DNA from: a virus
Virus record (IMG/VR): IMGVR_UViG_3300034013_000676
Coordinates: 1 to 64,000 of that record
DNA length: 64,000 nucleotides
Strand: one strand, 5' to 3'
In this document: piece after piece, positions 46,509-56,702 of the stretch
How the letters are laid out: every line of letters begins with the position of its first letter
Numbering within the stretch: the first letter of the stretch is position 1
Program-made: the position numbers and the translations under genes
Notes under the pieces: model-generated
What the model was told of the DNA's origin: nothing
The model's input: only the letters and a program-made list of their open reading frames with translations
Database searches by the model: none

Positions 46509-46973
46509 ATGGCAAAGCAACTAAAAGCACTAATAAAAAAGAGCTCCTTAATGGATATTAAATTAAGGTATAACGGTGAAACCTTTAAATTTAATCTAAA
46601 TGAGGAATTAAGTATAAATCCCGATAAAATTAATCAGGAACTAAAGGAACAACCTTCATACTATTCTTTCTTACTCTTATTACAGAGTAAACTTTTGGTG
46701 TTAAAGGAGGATAAAGAGAGGGAGATGGAAAAAGCCTATGCTAAGAGTTACTCTAAATATGCGGTAAGTATAAATGAGAAAACCAACCGGATTTACTCGG
46801 ATAAATTAGCCAAGGAATTAGCTATAAGTAATGACACTTATCAAAAAGCTCATATAGAATACCTAACAGCAAAAAATGATTATGGTATCATTCAATCTGC
46901 TGTAAAGGGATTTGAACAAAGATTTTCGCTGATTCAGACTCTATCAGCTAACCTAAGACGAGAGTCAAATTAA
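46509..46973 (+). CDS. UvsY-like recombination mediator (putative)
   Basis: Helical protein (LSIN...IN.EL.EQP..Y...FEQR...IQTL.ANLR) upstream of SSB and RecA. Confidence 0.6.
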   Translation: MAKQLKALIKKSSLMDIKLRYNGETFKFNLNEELSINPDKINQELKEQPSYYSFLLLLQSKLLVLKEDKEREMEKAYAKSYSKYAVSINEKTNRIYSDKLAKELAISNDTYQKAHIEYLTAKNDYGIIQSAVKGFEQRFSLIQTLSANLRRESN

Positions 46974-47002
46974 TAATAAATTAACTGTAAATAAATTTAA
47001 CG

Positions 47003-47806
47003 ATGGCAAAAACAACTGGTGGTAAATCTTTAAAAGAGAGATTACAAAAGAAAAGACAGGAACTATCTGAGAGGGGTAGTAAAGGTAATGTAATATTCGT
47101 AAAAGAAGGTACATTAAGGGTTCGTATTTTACCCGTAGGACCCGACAAGGATTTTATCAAGGAAGTTACACACTTCTATTTAGGTGCCGATTTAAAAAGT
47201 GTTTATTCGCCTTCAACATTTGACCAACCCTGCGCTTTAATGGAAGCTTATCAAGAATTGAAAAAATCAAAGGATGAGGATGATAAGGATACTGCTAAAA
47301 AATTGGTTCCTAAGAAAGCTTATTTCGCAGCGGTAGTCGTTTATAATGACGACAAAGGTAAAACCATTAATGAAGAGGATTCTGGTAAACTTATCAAAAT
47401 CACCGGTGGGGTTTACCAAGATATTATTGACCTTTACCTTGATGAAGACGAAGCGGGGGATATGACAGATCCATCTAAAGGTTATGACATCAAAATTAAA
47501 CGAACTGGTAAAGGCCAATTTGACACTGAATATTCAGTTATGCCTTGTAAACCAACAAAATTGGATAAAAAATGGGCTAAACCAGTTGACCTTGACAAGT
47601 TGGTTAAAGCTGAGATCTCATCTTATGAGGAAACTGAGGAAAAATTAGAAGCTTTCCTAGGTATATCTAATGATTCTGATGATGAAGACGATAAACCTAA
47701 AAAGAAGAAGAAAAAAGCTGAGCTAGAAAAAGCCCCTGCTAAGAAAAAGAAGAAAACAACGAAAGAGGAAGCACCCGTTAAGAAAAAGAAAAAAGTTAAA
47801 AAATAA
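47003..47806 (+). CDS. single-stranded DNA-binding protein (gp32-like)
   Basis: RVRILP, DMTDPSKGYDIKIKRTGKGQFDTEYSV; Lys-rich tail. Confidence 0.75.
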   Translation: MAKTTGGKSLKERLQKKRQELSERGSKGNVIFVKEGTLRVRILPVGPDKDFIKEVTHFYLGADLKSVYSPSTFDQPCALMEAYQELKKSKDEDDKDTAKKLVPKKAYFAAVVVYNDDKGKTINEEDSGKLIKITGGVYQDIIDLYLDEDEAGDMTDPSKGYDIKIKRTGKGQFDTEYSVMPCKPTKLDKKWAKPVDLDKLVKAEISSYEETEEKLEAFLGISNDSDDEDDKPKKKKKKAELEKAPAKKKKKTTKEEAPVKKKKKVKK

Positions 47807-47810
47807 ATAG

Positions 47811-48947
47811 ATGGCTAAGAAAAAAACATCGGGAAAATTATTAGACCGTAAAGCTTTAGCCAAAAAATATTCAGGATCAGGAGTAGCCACAAACGTATTA
47901 GGGAATAATATTTTGTGGCTTCCTTCTAGATTTTTATTACTGAATAATCAAATGGGTGGGGGAATACCTTACGGTAAAATAGTTGAGATACATGGTTTAG
48001 AATCATCTGGTAAATCTCTATTATCCTTTGATTTTGCTTATTGTGCTCAACAATTAGGAGGAACAGTAATATGGATTGATGCTGAAGCAGCTTTCACAAA
48101 TACCTGGGCCGAGTTAAACGGGTTAGAACCAGAAAATGTTGATTTATATGTAGAATCAGCGGTAGAGAAAATTTCTGACTACATAATGGATATGACTCGA
48201 TATTGGAGGTCACAATTAACCCATAATGAGCCAATACTTTTAGTCCTTGATTCAATTGCATCATTAGAATGTGAAAGTAATATAGACTCAGAACAATCTG
48301 ATGCAAAAGCTGAAATGGGTAATCGAGCTAAGGCTATTGATAAAATGTTAAGGATTAGAAATCCCTTATTATCCGAATTAGGGGTATGTACAATCCTTAT
48401 AAACCAATTAAGGTCTAAAATTGGGGCTACTAAATTTGAGGACCCTTTTACAACACCCGGAGGTAAAGCAGTAGCATTTTATGCTTCTATCAGGTTAGCA
48501 GTATTTGGAGGTAAACAAATCCTAGGTAAGATACGAGGTAAAGAAGCTAGAGTTGGTAAATTATCATCAATTAGAGTTATCAAGAATAAAGTAGCTCCCC
48601 CAATGCCTTCTATAAAAGGAGCAGAAGTATATTTTAATCCTAAATACACTGAACAGGATATTGGTTTCAATAAATACTTTGGGTTACCAGAGTTATTAGT
48701 TGACCTAGGAATAGTTGATAGGAAAAAAGGGGCTTCCTGGTATACTTACAAAGGAAAAAACATTGCTAATGGGGATAAGAAATTCCTAGAACTCCTTGTA
48801 AATGATGATGTGATGAGAAAGAAGCTAATTAGGAAAGCTGGTATTAATACGATATCCAGTACTCAACGAAAACTAGATAAAATAACAACAAACCTATACC
48901 CAGTTAAAGCTGGTAAGGAATCTAAAGAAACCGAAGACGATGAGTAA
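47811..48947 (+). CDS. recA: RecA/UvsX recombinase
   Basis: GGIPYGKIVEIHGLESSGKS, WIDAE, VLDSIA, INQLR, TPGGKAVAFYASIRL, KNKVAPP. Confidence 0.96.
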   Translation: MAKKKTSGKLLDRKALAKKYSGSGVATNVLGNNILWLPSRFLLLNNQMGGGIPYGKIVEIHGLESSGKSLLSFDFAYCAQQLGGTVIWIDAEAAFTNTWAELNGLEPENVDLYVESAVEKISDYIMDMTRYWRSQLTHNEPILLVLDSIASLECESNIDSEQSDAKAEMGNRAKAIDKMLRIRNPLLSELGVCTILINQLRSKIGATKFEDPFTTPGGKAVAFYASIRLAVFGGKQILGKIRGKEARVGKLSSIRVIKNKVAPPMPSIKGAEVYFNPKYTEQDIGFNKYFGLPELLVDLGIVDRKKGASWYTYKGKNIANGDKKFLELLVNDDVMRKKLIRKAGINTISSTQRKLDKITTNLYPVKAGKESKETEDDE

Positions 48948-49113
48948 GAGAAAAGACAAAATCAGTATTAAAAATGGTAGGTTAAAAATCACAGTTTTTG
49001 AAGGTGATGAGAAATCAGGCTACATACTATCAGCTAAAGAGTTAATTCATCTTATCACTAGTATCACTGATACTATTAAAAATAAAAATCAAACAGAAGA
49101 TGAGCAAAAATAA
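48940..49113 (+). CDS. 57-aa hypothetical protein (not in ORF track)
   Basis: Translated by hand (MSKRKDKISIKNGRLKITVFEG...); fills the recA-exonuclease gap and overlaps both. Confidence 0.6.
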   Translation: MSKRKDKISIKNGRLKITVFEGDEKSGYILSAKELIHLITSITDTIKNKNQTEDEQK

Positions 49114-49993
49114 GGTATTAGTAATTGATGGTAATAATATGTTATATCGAGCATATTATAAATTCGAAAATTTACAAAATAACCATGGCCAATTAACTGG
49201 AGTAATTTATGGGTTCCCTTATATTTTAAGGGGACTCATTAGTTTACACAAACCCCAGAAGGTAGTGGTAGTATTTGATGGAGGCCGAGATAAGAGAAGA
49301 ACTGAGATTTTACCCGAATACAAGAAAAGGGATAAAAAGGCGGGATTTGATGGAGAATCATTTTTCTTTCAAAAAGAGAAGGTTAAGGAATTGTTGGATT
49401 TATTAGGTATTCCAATGATAGAGGTTAAAAAGAGAGAAGCTGATGATATTATCTGGTTGATAGCTCGTAAATTAAAACGGGAAAAACATGAGGTAGTCAT
49501 AGTATCATCGGATAAGGATTTTAACCAATTAATCTGTAAGGGTATTTCAATATGGAATCCTAAAAGTGATAAGCGATATACTCATCTTAATTTGAAACAA
49601 GAAGTTGGATATAATGCTAATCAATGTGTAGATTATTTAATACTTGATGGGGACTCTTCGGATAATATAAAAGGTATGCCTGGGATTGGTCCTAAAAAAG
49701 CTATGGCATTCCTTGATAGAGGGATATCAATTAGAAACTATTTAATTAGTAAAGATAAAGAACTACCCGGACTTAGTAGAAATAAACTAGAACCCGTTTT
49801 CTTATTAAACCGCGAGCTAATTGATATACGTATCTTTTGTAGGAGAAACTTAAAACATTTAAAAGTTAAAGTCCCTAAAGTAACTCTGAAAAAAATAAAT
49901 AAAAAAGAATTAGCCTATTTCTGTGCTAATTATGATATTTCAACATTTGTAAAACCAGACTTCATAGAAACCTTTAACAAGTTATTAAAATGA
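49100..49993 (+). CDS. 5'-3' exonuclease/flap endonuclease
   Basis: IDGNNMLYRAYY, VFDG, EADDII, SSDKDF, GDSSDNIKG.PGIGPKKA. Confidence 0.95.
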   Translation: MSKNKVLVIDGNNMLYRAYYKFENLQNNHGQLTGVIYGFPYILRGLISLHKPQKVVVVFDGGRDKRRTEILPEYKKRDKKAGFDGESFFFQKEKVKELLDLLGIPMIEVKKREADDIIWLIARKLKREKHEVVIVSSDKDFNQLICKGISIWNPKSDKRYTHLNLKQEVGYNANQCVDYLILDGDSSDNIKGMPGIGPKKAMAFLDRGISIRNYLISKDKELPGLSRNKLEPVFLLNRELIDIRIFCRRNLKHLKVKVPKVTLKKINKKELAYFCANYDISTFVKPDFIETFNKLLK

Positions 49994-50673
49994 AACCACA
50001 ACCAATCTTTATAACTGGTACGTCCGGTATCGGTAAAACCACACTTGCTAATTACATAGCAGCAAAATACAGAATACCCTTTATAAATGGGTCTTCCTCT
50101 GTTTTATGGAAAAAATATAATATTAGTTCCCATAAAGAACTACTAGAAATGGGAGTTAATAACCCTAATAAAGGAATAGATTTCCAATTGGAATTACTCA
50201 ATTATAGAGAAGAACTAATAAAGAAGACAGGTAATACTCATTTCGTAACTGATAGGAGTATAATAGATAACCTAGTTTACTTCATGTTTCAAAATTCACC
50301 CTACCTAAGTGAACAAGATACTGTTCATTATATAAATTCCTGTATTGAAAGCTTTCAAAATATATTAGAGTTATGTACTCCAAATGCAAGGTATAAAATG
50401 ATTTACCTTAGTAGAGATTTTTACCCTGATGATGAAATGCCAGTAATAGAAAATGATAGTAAGAGAATCACTAATGAATACTACCAAGATGTAATGTCTG
50501 CTATATTTAACCATGTGATTGATAACAACTTATTGGACTTTAATCATACACCAGAAAAATACCTTAAAATAAGAGATTATAACTGGGATAGGAGATTAGC
50601 TCTAACCGAAACTTTCTTAGAGAAAGAACCTAATATGTTCGATCATTTATATAACAATTGGATTTTGAAATAA
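49990..50673 (+). CDS. deoxynucleoside monophosphate kinase (P-loop)
   Basis: ITGTSGIGKTT, FVTDRSIID, ENDSKR lid. Confidence 0.75.
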   Translation: MKPQPIFITGTSGIGKTTLANYIAAKYRIPFINGSSSVLWKKYNISSHKELLEMGVNNPNKGIDFQLELLNYREELIKKTGNTHFVTDRSIIDNLVYFMFQNSPYLSEQDTVHYINSCIESFQNILELCTPNARYKMIYLSRDFYPDDEMPVIENDSKRITNEYYQDVMSAIFNHVIDNNLLDFNHTPEKYLKIRDYNWDRRLALTETFLEKEPNMFDHLYNNWILK

Positions 50674-51647
50674 TGAAAAAACCACTACTCATAGTTTACA
50701 GTGATATTCACTTTCATTCATATAACCAATTCAATGAAGGTGATAGAAGAGTAAAGGATGCAATCAAAGCCCAGAAGCTAATAAAACTATCTGCTCAAAA
50801 ATACCATGTACCAACTCTATTCTTAGGTGATTTATTTCAAAATGAAAAAGCCCTTACGAACAAATTATTATCATATACATTACCCCACTTCAAAAAGATT
50901 TGGGGTAATAAAGGTGAAAAGACTTATGCAATAACTGGTAACCACGACCAGAGTGAACAAAACACTTTAGACCATGAATCACCATCGTATGTAAAAACCC
51001 TATCTCAGGTATTCCCGGGATTAATATGTATGGACTTCAAATCACTAGAGGCTACTCCCGGAATTTACTTACATGGCATTCCCTATCTAACACATGATAT
51101 TGGTTTATTAAAGGCTATCCAGGATATAAAATTGATAAAAGGTAAAAAGAATATCCTAATGCTTCACACCACTATACCTGGTACAGAGGATACAGATGGT
51201 AGGGTAATAGAAACTGACACAATCAGTTCTAAGGTCCTAAAAATACTAAAGGACTTCGACCTAGTTATCACTGGGCATATACATAAGCCTATGCTTATCT
51301 CCGACAACATACTACAAGTTGGAGCTACCAACCAACAAAGAAAGACAGATAAAAATTGTGATTTAGGTTATTGGATAGTTTACAGTGACCTAAGCCTTAA
51401 ATTCATACCCTTGGATTTACCCAAATTTATTGAATTAGATTATGGTGTAGAAAAACCGGATGGTAAAAACTTCTATTACAATAAAGAAAAAGTTAGTAAG
51501 GAAATTAAGTTTCAAACAGAACCCAGTAAATTTAGTAACCTTAGTGATAGAACTAGTTTAGCAGAGAATTACCTTGAACAAAAGGGTGAGAAAATTAAGA
51601 AGTCTAAGAAGGAAGCATTGATTAAAGCACTTAAAGATACAGAGTAA
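50673..51647 (+). CDS. sbcD: SbcD/Mre11-like metallophosphoesterase nuclease
   Basis: SDIH, GDLF, GNHD, LH, GHIH; TAATG-coupled start at 50673. Confidence 0.9.
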   Translation: MKKPLLIVYSDIHFHSYNQFNEGDRRVKDAIKAQKLIKLSAQKYHVPTLFLGDLFQNEKALTNKLLSYTLPHFKKIWGNKGEKTYAITGNHDQSEQNTLDHESPSYVKTLSQVFPGLICMDFKSLEATPGIYLHGIPYLTHDIGLLKAIQDIKLIKGKKNILMLHTTIPGTEDTDGRVIETDTISSKVLKILKDFDLVITGHIHKPMLISDNILQVGATNQQRKTDKNCDLGYWIVYSDLSLKFIPLDLPKFIELDYGVEKPDGKNFYYNKEKVSKEIKFQTEPSKFSNLSDRTSLAENYLEQKGEKIKKSKKEALIKALKDTE

Positions 51648-53470
51648 TGATAAATCACGAATCAGTTATTATAGAAGGTTTCGGTAGCATCATAAACCAA
51701 ACCGAATTTAAGTTAAATCGCAAAGGTTTAAATGTCATTAGGGGAAAAACGGGAGCAGGTAAAACCACTATACCATCATCATTAACCTGGTGCTGGTTTG
51801 GTACAACTCTAAAAGGTAAGGCAACTGTACAAACATGGGAAGAGATAAGACCTAAGGATTTCAAGGGGACTATGGTTAGGTCAAGTTTTAACAAGGATGG
51901 AGTTAATTATGAGATTATACGTTGTATATCATATAAGAAAACTGTCTTTGGTAAAACTAAAGGAGGCTCAAACCTATTTATCCTGAAAGAAGGTATTCCT
52001 ATAGAAAGCGAAAGGAATAAAACTGATAAGCAGAAATTCATAGAGAACCTATTAGGTTACTCATTTGATTTATTCACAAACAGTATTATATTTGGGCAAA
52101 AGCTTAAAAGGATAATTGAGGAATCAGGCCCAAATAAAAAGAAAATATTTGATGAAGCCTTCGAAGTATTATTCATCGATGAGGCTAAAAAGAAAACAGA
52201 AAAAGAAAGAGATAAGGTCAATGGTTCTTTAAAAGATATAGAGAGCGAATATGACCATATCTCTAAACTTGTTGAAGATGCAATTGAGAATTATGAGGAT
52301 GCCTTAGATTTCGAAAAGAAATTTGAAAAGAACCGAGAAAAGAATCTAGGTAAATTATCAGAAAACAAATCTAATATCACTAAGAAACTTGATAAACTCA
52401 AGGTTGAGATATCAAAACAAAAAATCGATGAAGCTAAGGGGTTAAAGGATAAACTCTCTGAGATAGAAAGAAAAATAGAAAAATCCGAGAAGTCAAATCA
52501 AAGGTTAATAAAGTTAGAAAGGGATATTAATTACCTAGTTAAATCGATAGCTGATAAGGAGAAAGAACTTAAAAATATAAAGAATGGTGAATGCCCTTTA
52601 TGTAAGTCAGAGATAACATCAAAGAAAACCTCACATCTAAGAGATGATATAAAAACAGTTATCAAGGATTTAAAAGTTGACTTAGTTAACCTTCGTAATA
52701 AAAGAGAAAACACCTTTGAAATAGATATGAAGCATCTCAATAAGGATATGGGTAAATTACAGGAAAAACTAGGTAAGATTAAGGAAAAAGAAAAAAACCT
52801 GAAAAACCTTAAAATTAGTGAAAGTAATTATATTGATGAACTCAACTCAATTAAAGCTGATATAAAGGAATTGAATAATGAGAAGCTAGTCATAAAATCT
52901 CCTAAATATAAGGAGAAAATAAGTAAATACAAAAAGAAAAGCAAGAAACTTGCCAAGGAAATGAAATTACTAACCAAAAAGAATGATATATATAATTGGT
53001 TAATAAAAGACCCATTATCTAACAATGGTTTAAAAGCCTACATCTTTGACTCTCTATTGAGTAAAGTTAATGAGAAACTTTGGGATTTACAAAAACACTT
53101 AGGATTTAGAGTTGAATTTGGAATAGACCTTGAATCAAGCAGGAAGGATTTTTACCAAGCTATATACAAAGATGATATGATTATATTGTACACAGATTTA
53201 TCTGGGGGACAAAAACAATTAGTAGATTTCTCAGTTGCTTTAGCAATACATAAGGTTATCAGCTCTATAAGGCCAATGAACATTATATTTTTCGATGAAC
53301 CTTTCGAGGGGTTAGATGTTGACTGTGTTGATATTATCTCAGAACTTATATCGGAAGAAGCTAGCGATAAATGTTTGTATATGATAACCCACCATCCAAA
53401 CTTCAATCCTATTACATCAAACAACATCCATTTTGAGTTAGATAAAAATGGCGCTACAAAAATTAACTAA
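51647..53470 (+). CDS. sbcC: SbcC/Rad50-like SMC ATPase
   Basis: GKTGAGKTT, coiled coil with CPLC zinc hook, LSGGQ, FFDEP, ITH. Confidence 0.93.
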   Translation: MINHESVIIEGFGSIINQTEFKLNRKGLNVIRGKTGAGKTTIPSSLTWCWFGTTLKGKATVQTWEEIRPKDFKGTMVRSSFNKDGVNYEIIRCISYKKTVFGKTKGGSNLFILKEGIPIESERNKTDKQKFIENLLGYSFDLFTNSIIFGQKLKRIIEESGPNKKKIFDEAFEVLFIDEAKKKTEKERDKVNGSLKDIESEYDHISKLVEDAIENYEDALDFEKKFEKNREKNLGKLSENKSNITKKLDKLKVEISKQKIDEAKGLKDKLSEIERKIEKSEKSNQRLIKLERDINYLVKSIADKEKELKNIKNGECPLCKSEITSKKTSHLRDDIKTVIKDLKVDLVNLRNKRENTFEIDMKHLNKDMGKLQEKLGKIKEKEKNLKNLKISESNYIDELNSIKADIKELNNEKLVIKSPKYKEKISKYKKKSKKLAKEMKLLTKKNDIYNWLIKDPLSNNGLKAYIFDSLLSKVNEKLWDLQKHLGFRVEFGIDLESSRKDFYQAIYKDDMIILYTDLSGGQKQLVDFSVALAIHKVISSIRPMNIIFFDEPFEGLDVDCVDIISELISEEASDKCLYMITHHPNFNPITSNNIHFELDKNGATKIN

Positions 53471-53494
53471 GTACTAGTCTGGCCCTAAAGTCTA

Positions 53495-53504
53495 GTACTA
53501 TTTA
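53495..53504 (+). promoter_or_regulatory. RTACTATW putative phage promoter
   Basis: GTACTATTTA, 25 bp before ATG 53520; overlaps an AGTACTAG/CTAGTACT inverted repeat (53470-53499). Confidence 0.55.
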
Positions 53505-53519
53505 AAATAAACACGAGAT

Positions 53520-54062
53520 ATGAGTAACGGTAAAAGAAAAGGTAACAAAGCTGAAAGGGAACTGGCTAAATGGTGGAAAACATGGTCAGGCTTTGAATTT
53601 ACTCGGGTACCAGCTTCTGGGGGATTAAGGTGGAAAACTATGGTTAACACAACCACCTCAGATTTAATATGTGCTGATGACCGACACAATAGAAGGTTTC
53701 AATTCTCAATTGAATCTAAATCCTATAAGGATATAAACTTCGAACATCTTATATTGGGTAACAAGAACTCAGCAATAAGGAATTTCTGGGACCAATGTAA
53801 TACAGATGCAGAAAGAAGTAATAAGGTACCCATACTCTTTATGAGGTACAATGGTATGTCTAAAAATACCTGGTTTGTAGTAATGCCTAGTTACGTATAT
53901 AACCTATTCTTTCCTACACTAGTTAAATTTGATCACAATAGGTTTGTAGTAAGTGGACCTGATAACATTGTCATCATGAACTCAAATGATTTACTAAAAA
54001 CAGATTATATGAAACTTCACTTAACCCTTAAAAAATTAAGAAAGAATGACAAAGCAGAATAA
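53520..54062 (+). CDS. Holliday junction resolvase (PD-(D/E)xK, Hjc-like)
   Basis: KGNKAERELAK, RVPASGG, SDL, IESK, WDQ. Confidence 0.85.
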   Translation: MSNGKRKGNKAERELAKWWKTWSGFEFTRVPASGGLRWKTMVNTTTSDLICADDRHNRRFQFSIESKSYKDINFEHLILGNKNSAIRNFWDQCNTDAERSNKVPILFMRYNGMSKNTWFVVMPSYVYNLFFPTLVKFDHNRFVVSGPDNIVIMNSNDLLKTDYMKLHLTLKKLRKNDKAE

Positions 54063-54774
54063 GTTACCCAAAAAAGTATGGTGCATAGCTTACATTAATC
54101 GTGACAAATTAGAATTGGTAGAAACAGAGTTAAGAAGGTATGGTTATAAAGTTGAGGCTTATATCCCAACAGTTAAAATCCTTAAGAAGAAATTTAAGAA
54201 CAAGGACGTATTTGAGGAAACCCCTTTATTATTTAATTATGGATTCTTTAGGTTAAAGTATAATGATGCATGTAACCCAGATTTCTTAATGGAACTAAGG
54301 AGCCGGATTACGTGCATTTATGCTTGGGTAAAGGACCCAATATCCAATCTATCTAAATTAGGTAAACTAAGGATGGATAACCATAACTTTATAAAAGCTA
54401 TGCCAGCCTCTGCCATTTGCACAGACCAAGAAGTTGCCAACTTGGTTAAGGAAGCAGAAAAATCTAGTGTATTTTCAGCTGATGAAATTAATAGACTAAG
54501 TAAGGGGGATTATATTACACTTAAGGGTTACCCATTTGATGATATGCCAGCAAAAATCATAAGTATCAATAAGAGTAATAAAACTGTAAGAGTAAAACTT
54601 TTAACAGAAGGTATATTTGATAAGGTTACACTAGCTTTCGAGAATGTATTCTACACAGTTTACCAGGGTTATGATGATAGCCTAACTAAGGGTGATAACT
54701 ATGATGAAATGATTGCCAATAAACACAAAACCAATAAGGTTGATAAAATGATATTCGAAAACTATGGCGAGTAA
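54046..54774 (+). CDS. nusG: NusG-family transcription antitermination factor
   Basis: NGN domain (W, AYIP, PLLFNYGF) plus KOW (KGDYITLKGYPFDDMPAKI). Confidence 0.85.
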   Translation: MTKQNKLPKKVWCIAYINRDKLELVETELRRYGYKVEAYIPTVKILKKKFKNKDVFEETPLLFNYGFFRLKYNDACNPDFLMELRSRITCIYAWVKDPISNLSKLGKLRMDNHNFIKAMPASAICTDQEVANLVKEAEKSSVFSADEINRLSKGDYITLKGYPFDDMPAKIISINKSNKTVRVKLLTEGIFDKVTLAFENVFYTVYQGYDDSLTKGDNYDEMIANKHKTNKVDKMIFENYGE

Positions 54775-55762
54775 AAACAAATTAGCTTGGGGGATACTTA
54801 GCGATGATGAGAAAGGGGCTTTAGTACTAAGTATACAACATGGTAAATCAACATGGCAAGCCGGAGAGATAATGAATAAAGCTCATTACAAATATTTGGA
54901 GATACAAGCTAGAGCAAATCATTTTTTTAAAATGTTTACTCTATATTTTGAATCAACTGGTAACATAAAGATACCTATGGATATAGCTCTAAATAGGGAT
55001 TTTAGGGAATTTATATTACTAACGGTATTTGAAAGGAGAACCTTAAAAGAAGCTATAAAAACATTAGGAATTAAATCAGCATTTATTGTACCTCAAGCAA
55101 GGACAAGGATTATAGGGGAGAGTCTAAAGCAATTATGCGAAGATGATAACCCAATAGCTCAGAGCCTATATGATTTAATAATGGATTTCGATAGATGGAA
55201 CAATTCAAGGATATTACCTATTGATTACCAAGAACCCTCTGCCTTCAAACGTAGGAATAAAACACGATTACTAAAACATTTAAAGAACCTATCAGAACTA
55301 GACCCTTATCATATAAAGAGGTTTACAGACAGGTTTAGAGCAAAGAACACAGATAGGAAACCCTACTACATTGCCTTACTGTCCAGTTCATTTGAGGGAG
55401 GCTATGAAGTACTTCCCGTAAAAAGGAAAACTGATATAATCGAATACACATCAAAGAAGCTTAGGTTATACCTATTCAAGGAAAAGGTGGATGCAGATGA
55501 ATTCGGTTTCTTAGTTAGTAGGTATCTTAGGGATGGTAATAAGGATTGTAAATCAGGACAAAGGTTTTGGCCATTATATCGTAAGTCTATTAATTGTGCG
55601 GTTAATTACTTAGAGGTTAATAACATCATTACAAGGAGAAAACATTTAGAGAAAGCATTTAGAGACACAGACCATCTGGTTATCAGGAAACTTAGTAAGA
55701 AAGCTAATGATGTATCAGATGCTCAGGTAAGAGTAAACCCGGATAAATTCTGGGATATCTAA
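54764..55762 (+). CDS. protein with sigma-region-4-like HTH motif(s)
   Basis: LSDDEKGALVLSIQHGKSTWQAGEIM and FREFILLTVFERRTLKEAIKTLG. Confidence 0.55.
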   Translation: MASKNKLAWGILSDDEKGALVLSIQHGKSTWQAGEIMNKAHYKYLEIQARANHFFKMFTLYFESTGNIKIPMDIALNRDFREFILLTVFERRTLKEAIKTLGIKSAFIVPQARTRIIGESLKQLCEDDNPIAQSLYDLIMDFDRWNNSRILPIDYQEPSAFKRRNKTRLLKHLKNLSELDPYHIKRFTDRFRAKNTDRKPYYIALLSSSFEGGYEVLPVKRKTDIIEYTSKKLRLYLFKEKVDADEFGFLVSRYLRDGNKDCKSGQRFWPLYRKSINCAVNYLEVNNIITRRKHLEKAFRDTDHLVIRKLSKKANDVSDAQVRVNPDKFWDI

Positions 55763-55786
55763 GTGTTCTATTAATTTGTATATTTG
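55763..55786 (+). promoter_or_regulatory. GTGTT-N11-TATATTTG promoter
   Basis: GTGTT CTATTAATTTG TATATTTG. Confidence 0.8.
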
Positions 55787-55813
55787 TCCTTTAATTATTA
55801 AAATATAAAAATT

Positions 55814-56344
55814 ATGATAAATAGAGCATCAACAGCAGATATTGCTAATTTAGCATTAGCTAAATCAAACCTAACCTATAAGGATTTAAAAAAAGAATGT
55901 ATCCAACGAGGTATGCCTTTCATAGATGTATTATCGGGGGATTTCCCTAGGTTAACACATTGGTTACTTAATAACCTACACAAAACTTTTAACAGTGATT
56001 TACTGGATGAATTTGATGATTTTCAGGAGAAAATTCTTAAAGAAAATGGTAAGACAGAGCTTATTCATAATTCCTTAAGATTAGGTTATCTCGGGGAAAG
56101 AGATGATGCCGAACCAGTTGTCAAAAAAGATAAAGTTATCAAAGAAAAAAAAGCACCACGGGAAAAAACTGAGGGGGGTTTATTTAAGGGTACCAAAAAG
56201 GCTTACACTTTCGATTTACAAATTAAAGGTAAAAAATTAGAGGAAGTACTTATCAAGGTTAAACGTAAATTCCCAGATGCGGTAGATAAATCAATTAAAA
56301 TATGGTTTAACAAATCCCGTAAACTAAATGCAACACATAAATAG
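55814..56344 (+). CDS. hypothetical protein
   Basis: ORF track; directly after a promoter. Confidence 0.75.
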   Translation: MINRASTADIANLALAKSNLTYKDLKKECIQRGMPFIDVLSGDFPRLTHWLLNNLHKTFNSDLLDEFDDFQEKILKENGKTELIHNSLRLGYLGERDDAEPVVKKDKVIKEKKAPREKTEGGLFKGTKKAYTFDLQIKGKKLEEVLIKVKRKFPDAVDKSIKIWFNKSRKLNATHK

Positions 56345-56702
56345 GAGGCCAGTACAACCTAATAAATGGTACATAGTCGATACTAACAGAATATCTAAGC
56401 TTAACAAAGTTCCTAGACTATTCAAGAATAAGTTTGACAATAGTTACCAAGCTAAAACCTGTATACGAAAATACCTAGGTGATAGTATTAGGTTCGATTA
56501 TATTAAAGGGAGTCAAGCTATCGAATTAGGGATGACTGTTATGAATAGAGATCCCCAAGTTTGGGGTAAACCGGGTTTCTTTGGAAGGAAATATGACTAT
56601 GAAGAAGAGGACACCACCTGGAGAAATAGGAAAACCTATCGAACTCGTTTCAGAAGGCACAACAGAAAAAAGAATGGGTTTTATTATAAACGTAAGGCAT
56701 GA
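56328..56702 (+). CDS. basic hypothetical protein
   Basis: ORF track; overlaps both neighbours. Confidence 0.65.
   Translation: MQHINRRPVQPNKWYIVDTNRISKLNKVPRLFKNKFDNSYQAKTCIRKYLGDSIRFDYIKGSQAIELGMTVMNRDPQVWGKPGFFGRKYDYEEEDTTWRNRKTYRTRFRRHNRKKNGFYYKRKA

Noticed and set aside
53470-53499. AGTACTAG/CTAGTACT inverted repeat as a terminator
   Set aside because: AT-rich 8-bp stem, 14-nt loop and weak U-tract; better explained by overlap with the RTACTAT motif or an operator.
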